This document shows positions 10,601 to 18,367 of a stretch of 64,000 nt of DNA, one piece after another. Position 1 is the stretch's first letter. The number at the start of each line of letters is the position of its first letter. Origin of the DNA: an uncultured Gemmatimonadales bacterium (GTDB lineage Bacteria; Gemmatimonadota; Gemmatimonadetes; Longimicrobiales; RSA9). The translations under genes were made by a program, and so were the position numbers. Under the pieces are notes generated by a model. The model ran no database searches. It saw only the letters and a program-made list of their open reading frames with translations, and was not told the DNA's origin. The stretch is from the NCBI GenBank assembly GCA_963741945.1, contig CAVUKA010000003.1, forward strand, positions 659,998 to 723,997, in the 5' to 3' direction.

Positions 10601-10824
10601 ACGCGCAGCGTACGCCGCCCGTCCGCGTGGTGCCGCAGCCGCACGGCCGCCGGCTTGAGCCCCAGCTCTCCGCCGGCGGTGTCGTAATACACGTCCCGGA
10701 ACACCTCGATGGAGCGGCCCTCCTCACGCCCGGGGACCGGGAGCGGCCGTACGGCCAGGCCATCGAGGAGCTCGCCGCTCGGGACCTGGAAGCGGATCGT
10801 CCGCCGCCCTCCCGCCGACCTCAC
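7639..10824 (-). CDS. ppk1: Polyphosphate kinase 1 with N-terminal CYTH-like and Nudix-like domains (~1061 aa)
   Basis: PPK1 motifs LLNAELS..PLLERVRFL, SHPFPHM, KVTLYRT, KVHAK, GTGNLN..TARTYTD and GSADWRPRNLSRRVE lie in 7639-9681. The N-terminus has CYTH-like DVYYDT..AVRLR. The GTG start overlaps the upstream TGA (GTGA). Confidence 0.88.
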   Translation of the reverse strand: MRSAGGRRTIRFQVPSGELLDGLAVRPLPVPGREEGRSIEVFRDVYYDTAGGELGLKPAAVRLRHHADGRRTLRVDIRSASDGEGAARSAESDVEPGDAGSVFHGDSEAAELLRGLIDPARLEQAFEVETLCRLRHVSLSGRAPGSGQALTLSYDALTVRRNDLSGTLWEIVVTAAVDADVEALVTSLEREPGVRITLSDPATRARDLLDDAEIEALEREVRAARELAIVAHAHGRIALLRDGGRLRIPFGDGSGETAARRLVSKVLAAAGARVRLLGTNPGGPGRPALEVWATDEVQPDTADGELVWVPLAEALGAVGSAALRGARTLAALEVAARSDLLSGDGAAELGEADAGPEALELALSPVPLPEAAPGKDVPPAHLLNAELSRVSFDERILAFAESGDTPLLERVRFLSMFGSRQDDFFMTRVAGFKEEAASPGNRRTMDGLSAREQLDLIGIRARQVAARAQRLLQRRLLPALAERGVRILRWRELGEEDRAYLLERYATDAEVVLTPMAADASHPFPHMRNLRPAIGAVVRLPGSDRAHFTAVELPGELPRFLPLEDGRRLVPLEELLVARLPDLYSGLTVQSAHLFRVTRSARTQLEETLVGDVLQAVEEDVARRPFRSPVRLEVDARMPRSLRQMIVNELRYESPTESWWLGPQDVYVVDGLIDLAALEEVAEMEIGDDVRFPPMHRSVPLEPRRPVFDLLREADRLVYFPDDDFTSSAERFVREAAEDPDVVALKVTLYRTDSSSEIVQALSRAREMGKDAVALIEIKASFDEQQNIAWAKSLSAAGIHVVFSPLKYKVHAKAGLVVRREGDELVRYSYIGTGNLNAATARTYTDVALLTSDPEIGEELQAVFNILTGYSATGDFDHLLVSPFNMRQRFLRLIDREIDHARAGRPAGLRGQLNGLADRRMIAKLYEASHAGVPVELAVREICALRPGVPGLSENIRIVSLLGRLLQHARIFEFANGGAPEYFIGSADWRPRNLSRRVEVAVPVRRPELGERLREILDGVLHAPDLWELRPDGAYVQNGAEVVGGGTALRALRGLREGSAA

Positions 10825-11876
10825 CCCTCGTCCTCCCTCGGGTGGTACGGTACGTACTCCGCCGCCGCCACGGTGGGCGACCAGCGGTCTTCCAGCTCGC
10901 CGAGGATGTCCACGGGCGTCTTCTTCTTTCGCAGCCGCACCGCCGCCTCCAGCGTGTAGACGCCGTTGCGCCCGAGCGGCGGCTCGTGGAACAGCCACTC
11001 CTTCCCGATCTCGCTCAGCACCACCTCCGCCACCTGCCTCGCCGAGCGCGGCTCCGTTGTGTGGATCAGCAGGATCCCGTCCGTCTTGATCTGGTCGGCC
11101 AGCTCCTCGAGCCGTTTCCGCACCCGGTCCTGCCCCTGTGGCGTCTGGGCGATCATCATGCTGGTGTCGCCCACCGACAGGAGCTCCGCGTCCTCGTCCA
11201 CGTACACCTCGAGGTCGTACTTCCAGAAGACCAGCACCATGACCGCGAAGGTCAGCGACAGGACGAGCGCGATGTCCACCGCCTGCACGCCGCACGCGAG
11301 CCCGATGGCCATGACCAGGAAGACGTGAACGGCATCCTTTGGATTCTTCACCGTGGTGCGGAAGCGCACTGCCGCCACGATCCCCGCCAGGCTGAATGCC
11401 AGCGCCAGGCTGTTCTTCACCACCATGACCGTCCCGGTCACCACGGGCGGCAGCATGATGAGCGTGTGCACCAGCGAGCGGTCGTAACGAAGTCGCTGCG
11501 CGAACGTGTATACCCACGCGATCGGCAGGACGAGCAGGATGGTGGCCGCGATGGCCAGCGCGGTGGTGAGCACCCGCGCGCTTTCCGTGCGCGCGGGGAC
11601 GATCAGCGCCTTCGGATTCACGATGTTCCCCGCATCCGCCACGTTCCCGCCCAGCGGCGACACCAGCGCCTTCTCCACGCCCGGGATGAAGTGCACGCCC
11701 AGGAGTCCGATCCCGATCAGCACGGCGTAATAGAAGAGAAGCCGCACAATCGGGATCTTCCGGGAATGCTCCGCATACCGGCGTCGGTCTCCGTTGCGGG
11801 ACCATCGCCCCCTGGCGGATCGACCCACGTCGGCAGCCTCGCCGCCGTTGTGTCCGGTATCCTGCCGCTCCGCCAC
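10821..11876 (-). CDS. DUF4956-like membrane protein with soluble C-terminal extension
   Basis: TLIMLPPVVTGTVMVVKNSLALAFSLAGIVAAVRFRTTVKNPKDAVHVF..AIGLACG signature; several TM segments; AAAGGAG RBS before GTG 11876. Confidence 0.85.
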   Translation of the reverse strand: MAERQDTGHNGGEAADVGRSARGRWSRNGDRRRYAEHSRKIPIVRLLFYYAVLIGIGLLGVHFIPGVEKALVSPLGGNVADAGNIVNPKALIVPARTESARVLTTALAIAATILLVLPIAWVYTFAQRLRYDRSLVHTLIMLPPVVTGTVMVVKNSLALAFSLAGIVAAVRFRTTVKNPKDAVHVFLVMAIGLACGVQAVDIALVLSLTFAVMVLVFWKYDLEVYVDEDAELLSVGDTSMMIAQTPQGQDRVRKRLEELADQIKTDGILLIHTTEPRSARQVAEVVLSEIGKEWLFHEPPLGRNGVYTLEAAVRLRKKKTPVDILGELEDRWSPTVAAAEYVPYHPREDEG

Positions 11877-12018
11877 GCGTTCTGCTCCTTTCAACCGCTG
11901 GTTCGCGGTCCGGAAGGGGCAAAAAGCGCGCCTTCACCGCGGCCGGGCGAGCCGCGGCCCCGACGCACGACGGCCCCGCCCGGCGAGCGCCGGACGGGGC
12001 CATCGTGTCCTGCTACAT

Positions 12019-12045
12019 CCGTTCCGCGGTGGGACCGCGGAACGG
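12019..12045 (-). terminator. Perfect 12-bp hairpin just after susD; likely terminator or stabilising stem
   Basis: CCGTTCCGCGGT-GGG-ACCGCGGAACGG lies 6 nt after the stop at 12052; no clear U-tract. Confidence 0.55.
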
Positions 12046-12051
12046 TTCGGC

Positions 12052-13413
12052 TCAGCCTTCGTAGCCCGGGTTCTGCGTCAGGTTCGGCGCAACGTCGAGC
12101 TCCGAGACCGGGAGCGGCCAGAGCGCCTTGTACGGCGCCCACCGGCTCCCGAACGCGGCCGCGCCCTCGCCCAGCCGGTTCAGGTCGAACCACCGGTCGC
12201 CCTCGAACGCCAGCTCCAGCCGGCGCTCCAGGTAGATGGCATCCAGTACGTCCGCCTGGCTGTTGTTGAGGTCCGCGGCGAGGTCGTACGTCGCAACGCC
12301 CGCCCGCTCGCGGATCATGTTCAGGTACTCCACCGCCGTGTCCAGGTCACCCTGCTCCGCCGCGGCCTCGGCCACGATCAGCAGGATCTCGCCATAGCGG
12401 ATCACGTTGAAATCTTCGGTCCCCGCCGTGGTCGGGAACTTCAGGACCTGGATCCCATCCGGCCGCGTCTCGCCGAAGTCCGCGGCGAAGCGCTGGTCGT
12501 TGGCCTGGTCGAAGAGGTAGTAGATCTCTTCCGTCGCCCCGATCTCGAAGCGTCCGGCGTACTGGTAATAGAAGCCGAAGTTGTTGTAGTCGACCGAGGT
12601 GAAGACGATCTTGAAGATGTCCTCGGGCGAGCCCTGGTCGGCCCACAGCGACGCGTAGTTCGAGGCGAGATCGTAGTCGCCCGAGTTCACCAGCCGCATG
12701 GCCGCGGCCTGCGCCTGCGACCACTTCTGCTGGTACAGCGACGCCTTCGCCAGCAGCGCGTCGGTGAAGCCCGGCGTCATGAAGCTGCGATCCGAGTTGT
12801 CGATCCCGGCCGACGTCATGAGCGTCTTCGCCTGCGCCAGGTCCGCCTCGATCTGGGCATACACCTCGGCGACCGACGCCCGCGCCACCTGCGACGCCTC
12901 ATCCAGCGACGCCGGCGGCTCCAGCACCAGCGGCACGCCGCCGTAGGCACGCACCAGCGAGAAGTAGTTGAGCGCCCGGAGCGCGTACGCCTGCCCGAGC
13001 AGCCAGTCCTTGTCCGACTGCTCGATGTTGTCCAGCTCCGGCACCTTCTGGATCAGGTGGTTGACCCGGTCGATCCCCCGGTAGGCGAGGTTCCAGATCC
13101 ACTCAATGGAGTAGTTGGCCGCCGTCGTGTTCAGGAGGTCCGCCTCGCCATAGCTGCCATACGTGCCGGTGTGCTCGGCGTTGTCCGACATGTTCTCCGA
13201 CCACAGGACGTAGTCGCCGCCGTAGTAGTCGCCGCTCTGGAGCGCGCTGTACCCGCCCATCAGCGCCGCCGTGGCGGACTCCATGTCGATGATCGCCACG
13301 CTGGATGCGATGGCGTCCTCGGGCAGCACTTCCAGCGGCCCCTGGTCGCACGCCGCCACGCCTGCCAGGAGCAGCAGCGCGGGCGCCATTCGGAATAGTT
13401 TCTTCATGGTCAT
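12052..13413 (-). CDS. RagB/SusD family outer-membrane lipoprotein
   Basis: Lipobox VAAC; GQAYALRALNYFSLVRAYGGVPL, IRYGEILLIVAEA, ERRLELAFEGDRWFDL and LTQNPGY. Confidence 0.93.
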   Translation of the reverse strand: MTMKKLFRMAPALLLLAGVAACDQGPLEVLPEDAIASSVAIIDMESATAALMGGYSALQSGDYYGGDYVLWSENMSDNAEHTGTYGSYGEADLLNTTAANYSIEWIWNLAYRGIDRVNHLIQKVPELDNIEQSDKDWLLGQAYALRALNYFSLVRAYGGVPLVLEPPASLDEASQVARASVAEVYAQIEADLAQAKTLMTSAGIDNSDRSFMTPGFTDALLAKASLYQQKWSQAQAAAMRLVNSGDYDLASNYASLWADQGSPEDIFKIVFTSVDYNNFGFYYQYAGRFEIGATEEIYYLFDQANDQRFAADFGETRPDGIQVLKFPTTAGTEDFNVIRYGEILLIVAEAAAEQGDLDTAVEYLNMIRERAGVATYDLAADLNNSQADVLDAIYLERRLELAFEGDRWFDLNRLGEGAAAFGSRWAPYKALWPLPVSELDVAPNLTQNPGYEG

Positions 13414-13426
13414 TTCCTTTCCGCGC

Positions 13427-16400
13427 TCACCAGTTCCCCTGGAACCCGAACGTGATCGTCCGGGCCAGCGGATAGGCGTAGAAGTCGGTCCCGAGCGTCG
13501 CGGCCGCGGCGCCGGAGCCGCCGTAGTTGTTCTCCGGGGCGTAGCCGGAATAATCCGTCCACGTCTTCAGGTTCTTGCCCGACACGAAGAACCGGCTGTT
13601 GCTCGCCCGGATCAGGTTGTTGATGGCGTCCGGCACCTTCACGCCGAGCGTGACCTCGCCGAGACGTACGTAGGACGCGTCCTCGAGGTAGCGGCTGGAC
13701 TCGACCCACGCGCCGGTCGAGCCGTACCAGCTCGGGCTCGGAGCGGTGCCGTCCGGGTTGTCCGGCGTCCAGTAGTTCTCCACGTGGACCTTGAACTTGT
13801 TGTCCAGGAAGTAGCCGCCATCATCGGAGTACTCGCGCATGGCGTTGTAGATCTTCGCGCCCTGGCTGAAGTCGAAGAACGCCATCAGGTCGAACGCGCC
13901 ATACGAGAACGTGTTGCGGATCCCGCCGTAGTAATCCGGGTGCGGGCTGCCCACGATCATGCGGTCGTCGGAGCCGGGGAAGGTGGTCCAGACGATGTCG
14001 CCGTTGGCGTCGTACTGCACGTTGCCGTCGGCATCCAGGTCCACGTACTTCGCCACGCCCGTCTCCCGGTCCACGCCGATGTACTTGGGCGTGTAGAAGA
14101 CACCGATCGGCTGTCCGACCTCGACCCAGTTGATGAACCCGGAGGGGAACGGCTCGTCCTTGTAGAGCGCGGTCACCTTGTTCCGGTTGCGGGTCAGGTT
14201 GAGCTCCGTGGTCCACTCGAACCCGTTGGCCCGGTTCGGCCGGACGTTCACCGTGTTGAGGCTGAGCTCCCATCCCTCGTTCCGGATCCCGCCCACGTTG
14301 GCGAGCACGGACGTGAAGCCGCTGGTGGCGGTGACCGGCCGGTTGAGCAGCAGGTCGTTCGTGTTCTTCCAGTAGCGCTCGACCACGAAGCCGAGTCGGT
14401 CATTGAAGAAGCTGAGGTCGAGCCCCAGGTTCGTCTCGCTGGTGGTCTCCCACTTCAGGTCGTTGTTGGCCAGGTTCGCCGGCGCGGTGCCCGGGATCGG
14501 TCCGTAGTTGGCCGTGCCGTAGAGGCCCAGATAGCGGAAGTCGCCGATGGCCTCGTTCCCCGTCTCGCCCCAGCTGGCGCGGAGCTTCATGTCGCTGATG
14601 AAGTCCAGCCCCTGCATGAACGGCTCGGCGCTGACTACCCAAGCCGCGGACGCGGCCCGGAAGACGCCGAACTTGTTGTTCTCACCGAAGCGCGACGAGC
14701 CGTCGGCCCGGATGCTGGCGTTGAGGATGTAGCGGTCGTTGTAGACGTAATTGGCGCGACCGAAGAACGACATGAGGTTGTGCGACCACCCGCTCCCGTC
14801 GTAGCCGGCCACGTCCGCCCCGTTGCCCGGCCAGTTGAGCTCCGGGCTCGTGAAGCTTTCCGTTCGGATGAAGCTCTCCTCGCGCTTGTCCCGTTCCGTC
14901 GACGCGCCCGCCGTCACCGACAGCTCGTGCGCACCGAAGTACTTGTTGCCGGTCAGGTAGCCTTCGAGCAGGTACTTGTTCCCGGATGCGTTGGCCACGC
15001 GCGAGACGCCGCCCACGCCCGACCCGTAGGTCAGCGGGGTCAGCGGTGAGTTCCAGCGATGCTCGCGCAGGTTGAGGATGTCGAAACCTGCGCGGCCCGT
15101 GGCCGTCAGCCAGCTGGTTGCCACGTAGTTCGCGGTGAGGCTGCCGAAGGTCCGGTTCGTGAGGGCGTTCGTGAAGTCCTCCACGCCCACCGCCACCGGG
15201 TTCGAGTACGAGGCCCAGTCGCTCCAGGCGCCCGTCGCGGGGTCCTTCACCGGCACCCACGGCTCGTTGGCGATGGCGTTCGTGACCGGGCTGACGATGG
15301 AGTTGTCCGACTCGATCCGGTCATTGTTCTCCCGGGACAGCGACAGGGACGTGCTGAAGCTCAGCTTGTCCGACGCCTGGAAGTCCAGGTTCGCCCGGCC
15401 GGAAGCCCGGTTGTACCCGGACCCGATGATGATCCCGGTCTGGTCGAAGTACGTGCCGGAGATGTAGTACTTGAACGCCTCGGTCCCGCCGCTCACGCTG
15501 AGCTGCGTGTTGCTGATCGGCGCGGTCCGCATGACTTCTTCCTGCCAGTCCGTATTGACGCTCGGGTCCACGCCGAACGAGTTCAGCTCGTCCTGGACGT
15601 CCGCCTCGGTGTAGCCGTCGTAGCGCATCCCGTCCGAGAAGTACTGGATCCACTCGGCCGTGCTCAGCATCGGGATCTTCTTCTGCGACTGCTGGAAGCC
15701 GCCCGACACGTTCACGCTCACCTGCGGCCGGCCGGCCGTCTGGGCGCCGCGCTTGGTCGTGATCATGATCACGCCGTTCGAGCCCCGCGAGCCGTAGATC
15801 GCTGCCGCGGCCGCGTCCTTCAGGATGTCGATGGACTCGATGTCGTCGGGGTTCAGCCCCGTGATGGACGACAGGTCCTGGCCGCCCAGCCCCAGCTGGC
15901 CGAAGTCCTCGCGGAAGATCGGCACGCCATCCACCACGTACAGCGGCTGGTTGCCCGCCGAGATCGACGAGCTGCCGCGCACGCGCACCGTGATTCCGTT
16001 GCCGGGGTTACCCGCGTTCTGGATCACCTGTACGCCCGCGGCCTTGCCCTGCAGCGCGGCGTCGAGACTCGCCACCACGCGATTTTCGACGTCCTGCGTC
16101 TGGACCGTGCTGATGGCGCTGCTCACTTCCCGCCGCGTCTGCTGCGCGTATCCGGTGGCCACCAGCTCCTCGAGCTGGATCGCCGTGACGCCCAGCTGGA
16201 AGTCCTCCGTGGCCGTGCCGCCCGCGGCGACCGTGATGGTGCGCGCCTGGGGGGAGTAGCCGATGTACTCCACGCGCACTTCCGCTCGACCGCTCGGCAC
16301 CCGCGTGAGGAGGTACCGTCCATCGTTGTTCGTGATCGTTCCGATTCCCGTGCCTCGAATCATCACCTGAGCGCCGGAGATCGGCTCTCCGGTCTGCGCG

Positions 16401-16519
16401 TCGGTGACGGTGCCACGGATCGCGCCCGGTTCCTGCGCGGCGAGACTCCGTGGTGCGCCGAAGGCGGTCAGCGCGATGGCGACCGCGAGCGACGCGAAGG
16501 CTGCGCACGATGTCTTCAT
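13427..16519 (-). CDS. SusC/RagA family TonB-dependent outer-membrane transporter
   Basis: Carboxypeptidase-regulatory-like N-domain; plug motif LNPDDIESIDILKDAAAAAIYGSRGSNGVIMITTKRG; NDLKWETT; C-terminal aromatic residue; AGGAGG RBS. Confidence 0.95.
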   Translation of the reverse strand: MKTSCAAFASLAVAIALTAFGAPRSLAAQEPGAIRGTVTDAQTGEPISGAQVMIRGTGIGTITNNDGRYLLTRVPSGRAEVRVEYIGYSPQARTITVAAGGTATEDFQLGVTAIQLEELVATGYAQQTRREVSSAISTVQTQDVENRVVASLDAALQGKAAGVQVIQNAGNPGNGITVRVRGSSSISAGNQPLYVVDGVPIFREDFGQLGLGGQDLSSITGLNPDDIESIDILKDAAAAAIYGSRGSNGVIMITTKRGAQTAGRPQVSVNVSGGFQQSQKKIPMLSTAEWIQYFSDGMRYDGYTEADVQDELNSFGVDPSVNTDWQEEVMRTAPISNTQLSVSGGTEAFKYYISGTYFDQTGIIIGSGYNRASGRANLDFQASDKLSFSTSLSLSRENNDRIESDNSIVSPVTNAIANEPWVPVKDPATGAWSDWASYSNPVAVGVEDFTNALTNRTFGSLTANYVATSWLTATGRAGFDILNLREHRWNSPLTPLTYGSGVGGVSRVANASGNKYLLEGYLTGNKYFGAHELSVTAGASTERDKREESFIRTESFTSPELNWPGNGADVAGYDGSGWSHNLMSFFGRANYVYNDRYILNASIRADGSSRFGENNKFGVFRAASAAWVVSAEPFMQGLDFISDMKLRASWGETGNEAIGDFRYLGLYGTANYGPIPGTAPANLANNDLKWETTSETNLGLDLSFFNDRLGFVVERYWKNTNDLLLNRPVTATSGFTSVLANVGGIRNEGWELSLNTVNVRPNRANGFEWTTELNLTRNRNKVTALYKDEPFPSGFINWVEVGQPIGVFYTPKYIGVDRETGVAKYVDLDADGNVQYDANGDIVWTTFPGSDDRMIVGSPHPDYYGGIRNTFSYGAFDLMAFFDFSQGAKIYNAMREYSDDGGYFLDNKFKVHVENYWTPDNPDGTAPSPSWYGSTGAWVESSRYLEDASYVRLGEVTLGVKVPDAINNLIRASNSRFFVSGKNLKTWTDYSGYAPENNYGGSGAAAATLGTDFYAYPLARTITFGFQGNW

Positions 16520-16580
16520 GCGAAGTGCCTCCTGGGTTGTTTGTGGAAGAAGGGTGCGATGCGGGTGAGGCATCGCCCGC

Positions 16581-16610
16581 ATTGTACCTTTCCATCAGGA
16601 ACGCTGTCAA
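16581..16610 (-). promoter_or_regulatory. Sigma70-like promoter of susC/susD
   Basis: Minus strand reads TTGACA-N18-TACAAT about 60 nt upstream of the ATG; near-consensus in a very GC-rich background. Confidence 0.7.
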
Positions 16611-16728
16611 ATCCGGGATTGTGACGAGCGACGGGGGCACCGTGCCTCCCGGACCCGAAATCCTTGCACTGGCACCCGCCTTCCCGCAGCTTCCCGGACC
16701 ACGAACCAACCTCAGCCCGGCCGGTGCC

Positions 16729-17823
16729 TTGACGGTCCTTCTATTTCTCCTCGGCCTCCTGCTCCTCGTGGGCGGGGCCGAGCTGCTCGTGCGCGGCGCT
16801 TCCGCCCTCGCCACCGCCGCCGGCATCGCCCCCCTGGTGGTGGGGCTCACCGTTGTGGCGTTCGGCACCAGCGCGCCCGAGCTCGCCGTCACGTTCGCGG
16901 CCACCCTCCGCGGCGAGCCCGACCTGGCCGTGGGTAACGTGGTGGGGAGCAACATCTCCAACATCCTGCTCATCCTGGGCCTCTCGGCGCTGGTCGCCCC
17001 GCTGGTGGTGCAGCGCAGTCTGGTGCGCGTGGAAGTGCCGCTCCTGGTGGGTGTATCCGCCGCTGTCTACCTCATGGCGGGCAATGGCCATGTCGGCCGC
17101 GCCGAGGGGCTCCTCCTCGTCCTCACCGGCGCCACGTACACCGCCCTGCTGGCGCGCCACGCGGTGCGCGCCGCGGCAGAGCCCATGGCCGGCGAGGCGC
17201 AGGCGCCCATGGACGGCGGGGCGTTCACGACCGCCGGCCGGTCGGGCCGGCTCCGCTCGGTGACGGCGAACGCGGGGTTCGTGCTGACGGGCCTGCTGCT
17301 GCTGGTGCTCGGCTCTCACTGGCTGGTGGACAGCGCCCGCGCCTTCGCCGCCGCGCTGGGCGTGTCCGAGCTGGTGATCGGGCTGACGATCGTCGCCGTG
17401 GGCACGTCGCTGCCCGAGCTGGCGACCTCGCTGGTGGCCGCCCTCCGGGGCGCCCGCGACCTCGCCGTCGGCAACATCGTGGGCAGCAACCTGTTCAACC
17501 TGCTCTTCATCCTGGGAGGCGCAGCCATGATCTCGCCGGCGGGCGTGCCGGTGCCCCCGGCCGCGCGGGCGTTCGACATTCCGGTGATGGTGGCGGTGGC
17601 GGCGGCGTGCCTGCCCATCTTCTTCACCGGCCACCGCATCGGCCGGCGGGAGGGGGCGCTCTTCCTGGGATACTTCCTGGCCTACGTGGCCTACGTGCTC
17701 CTGGCGGCCGCGGGACACGAGGCCGTGGTTCCGCTGCGAACCGCCATGATCTTCTTCGCCTTCCCGCTCACGGTGGTGATGCTGGGGGCGGTGGTGCTAC
17801 GGGAGCTCCGTTCCGGCCGCTGA
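16729..17823 (+). CDS. Calcium/sodium antiporter (YrbG/CaCA family)
   Basis: Two alpha repeats, GTSAPEL..GNVVGSNISN and GTSLPEL..GNIVGSNLFN. The TTG start at 16729 is uncertain. Confidence 0.9.
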   Translation: MTVLLFLLGLLLLVGGAELLVRGASALATAAGIAPLVVGLTVVAFGTSAPELAVTFAATLRGEPDLAVGNVVGSNISNILLILGLSALVAPLVVQRSLVRVEVPLLVGVSAAVYLMAGNGHVGRAEGLLLVLTGATYTALLARHAVRAAAEPMAGEAQAPMDGGAFTTAGRSGRLRSVTANAGFVLTGLLLLVLGSHWLVDSARAFAAALGVSELVIGLTIVAVGTSLPELATSLVAALRGARDLAVGNIVGSNLFNLLFILGGAAMISPAGVPVPPAARAFDIPVMVAVAAACLPIFFTGHRIGRREGALFLGYFLAYVAYVLLAAAGHEAVVPLRTAMIFFAFPLTVVMLGAVVLRELRSGR

Positions 17824-18162
17824 TGCGTTCTCCGGCACCACCCGGATCCGGCTCGCGAGCTCCCGGTCCAGTGCAAGCTCGGTCCGCCCAAGGCGCAGCA
17901 CGTAGGCCGGGAACCGCTGAACCAGCCGCAGCCGCACGCCGGGCAGGATTCCGAGCCCGGCCAGCTTGGCCGCCGCCGCCGTCCACGGCTCCTCCAGGCA
18001 GCTCACCGCCCCGACATCGCCCGGGGCCAGCGTGTCCAGCCGCACGGAGTGGCAGTCCACGCCATGGCAGCCGCCGGTCTCCGGCACCGGCGCTCCCGCG
18101 CGGCACGAATCCTTCCAGGCGACGCCGCCCAGCAGCGACGTGAGGCGTTCCACGAGCGTCAT
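17797..18162 (-). CDS. feoA: FeoA family protein
   Basis: LDTLAPGDVGAV..KLAGLGILPGVRLRLVQRFPAYVLRLGRTELALDRELASRIRV; located in the feoB operon. Confidence 0.85.
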   Translation of the reverse strand: MTLVERLTSLLGGVAWKDSCRAGAPVPETGGCHGVDCHSVRLDTLAPGDVGAVSCLEEPWTAAAAKLAGLGILPGVRLRLVQRFPAYVLRLGRTELALDRELASRIRVVPENASAAGTELP

Positions 18163-18332
18163 CGGCCCATCCATTTCCTCAGCGCCACCACCCACCCGGG
18201 CGGGCGCGGGTTCTCGTAGCCGCACTCAGGACAGCGCATCAACCCGCAGGCCTGCTTGATCGGGCACGCCTGGCACGTGGCCTGACCTGGATCCTCCACG
18301 AACTCGTGGCCGCAGAAGCCGCACGTCACCAT
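18159..18332 (-). CDS. Small Cys-rich zinc-ribbon/Fe-S-like protein in the feo operon
   Basis: MVTCGFCGHEF..TCQACPIKQACGLMRCPECGYENP has 7 Cys. Its stop overlaps the feoA ATG (ATGA). An alternative start at 18374 overlaps the feoB stop. Confidence 0.75.
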   Translation of the reverse strand: MVTCGFCGHEFVEDPGQATCQACPIKQACGLMRCPECGYENPRPPGWVVALRKWMGR

Positions 18333-18367
18333 CGCGGCCCCAGGCTCCGCCCGATGCGACACCGGCG

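Noticed and set aside
7639-12003. 1454-aa ORF taken as one protein
   Set aside because: The first ~390 aa are Arg/Gly-rich shadow translation overlapping the DUF4956 gene in another frame. The credible start is GTG 10824.
11877-12051. susC-susD co-transcribed with DUF4956-ppk1 as one system
   Set aside because: A perfect 12-bp hairpin directly follows susD and the gap is 175 bp, so separate units are more likely. It is not excluded.
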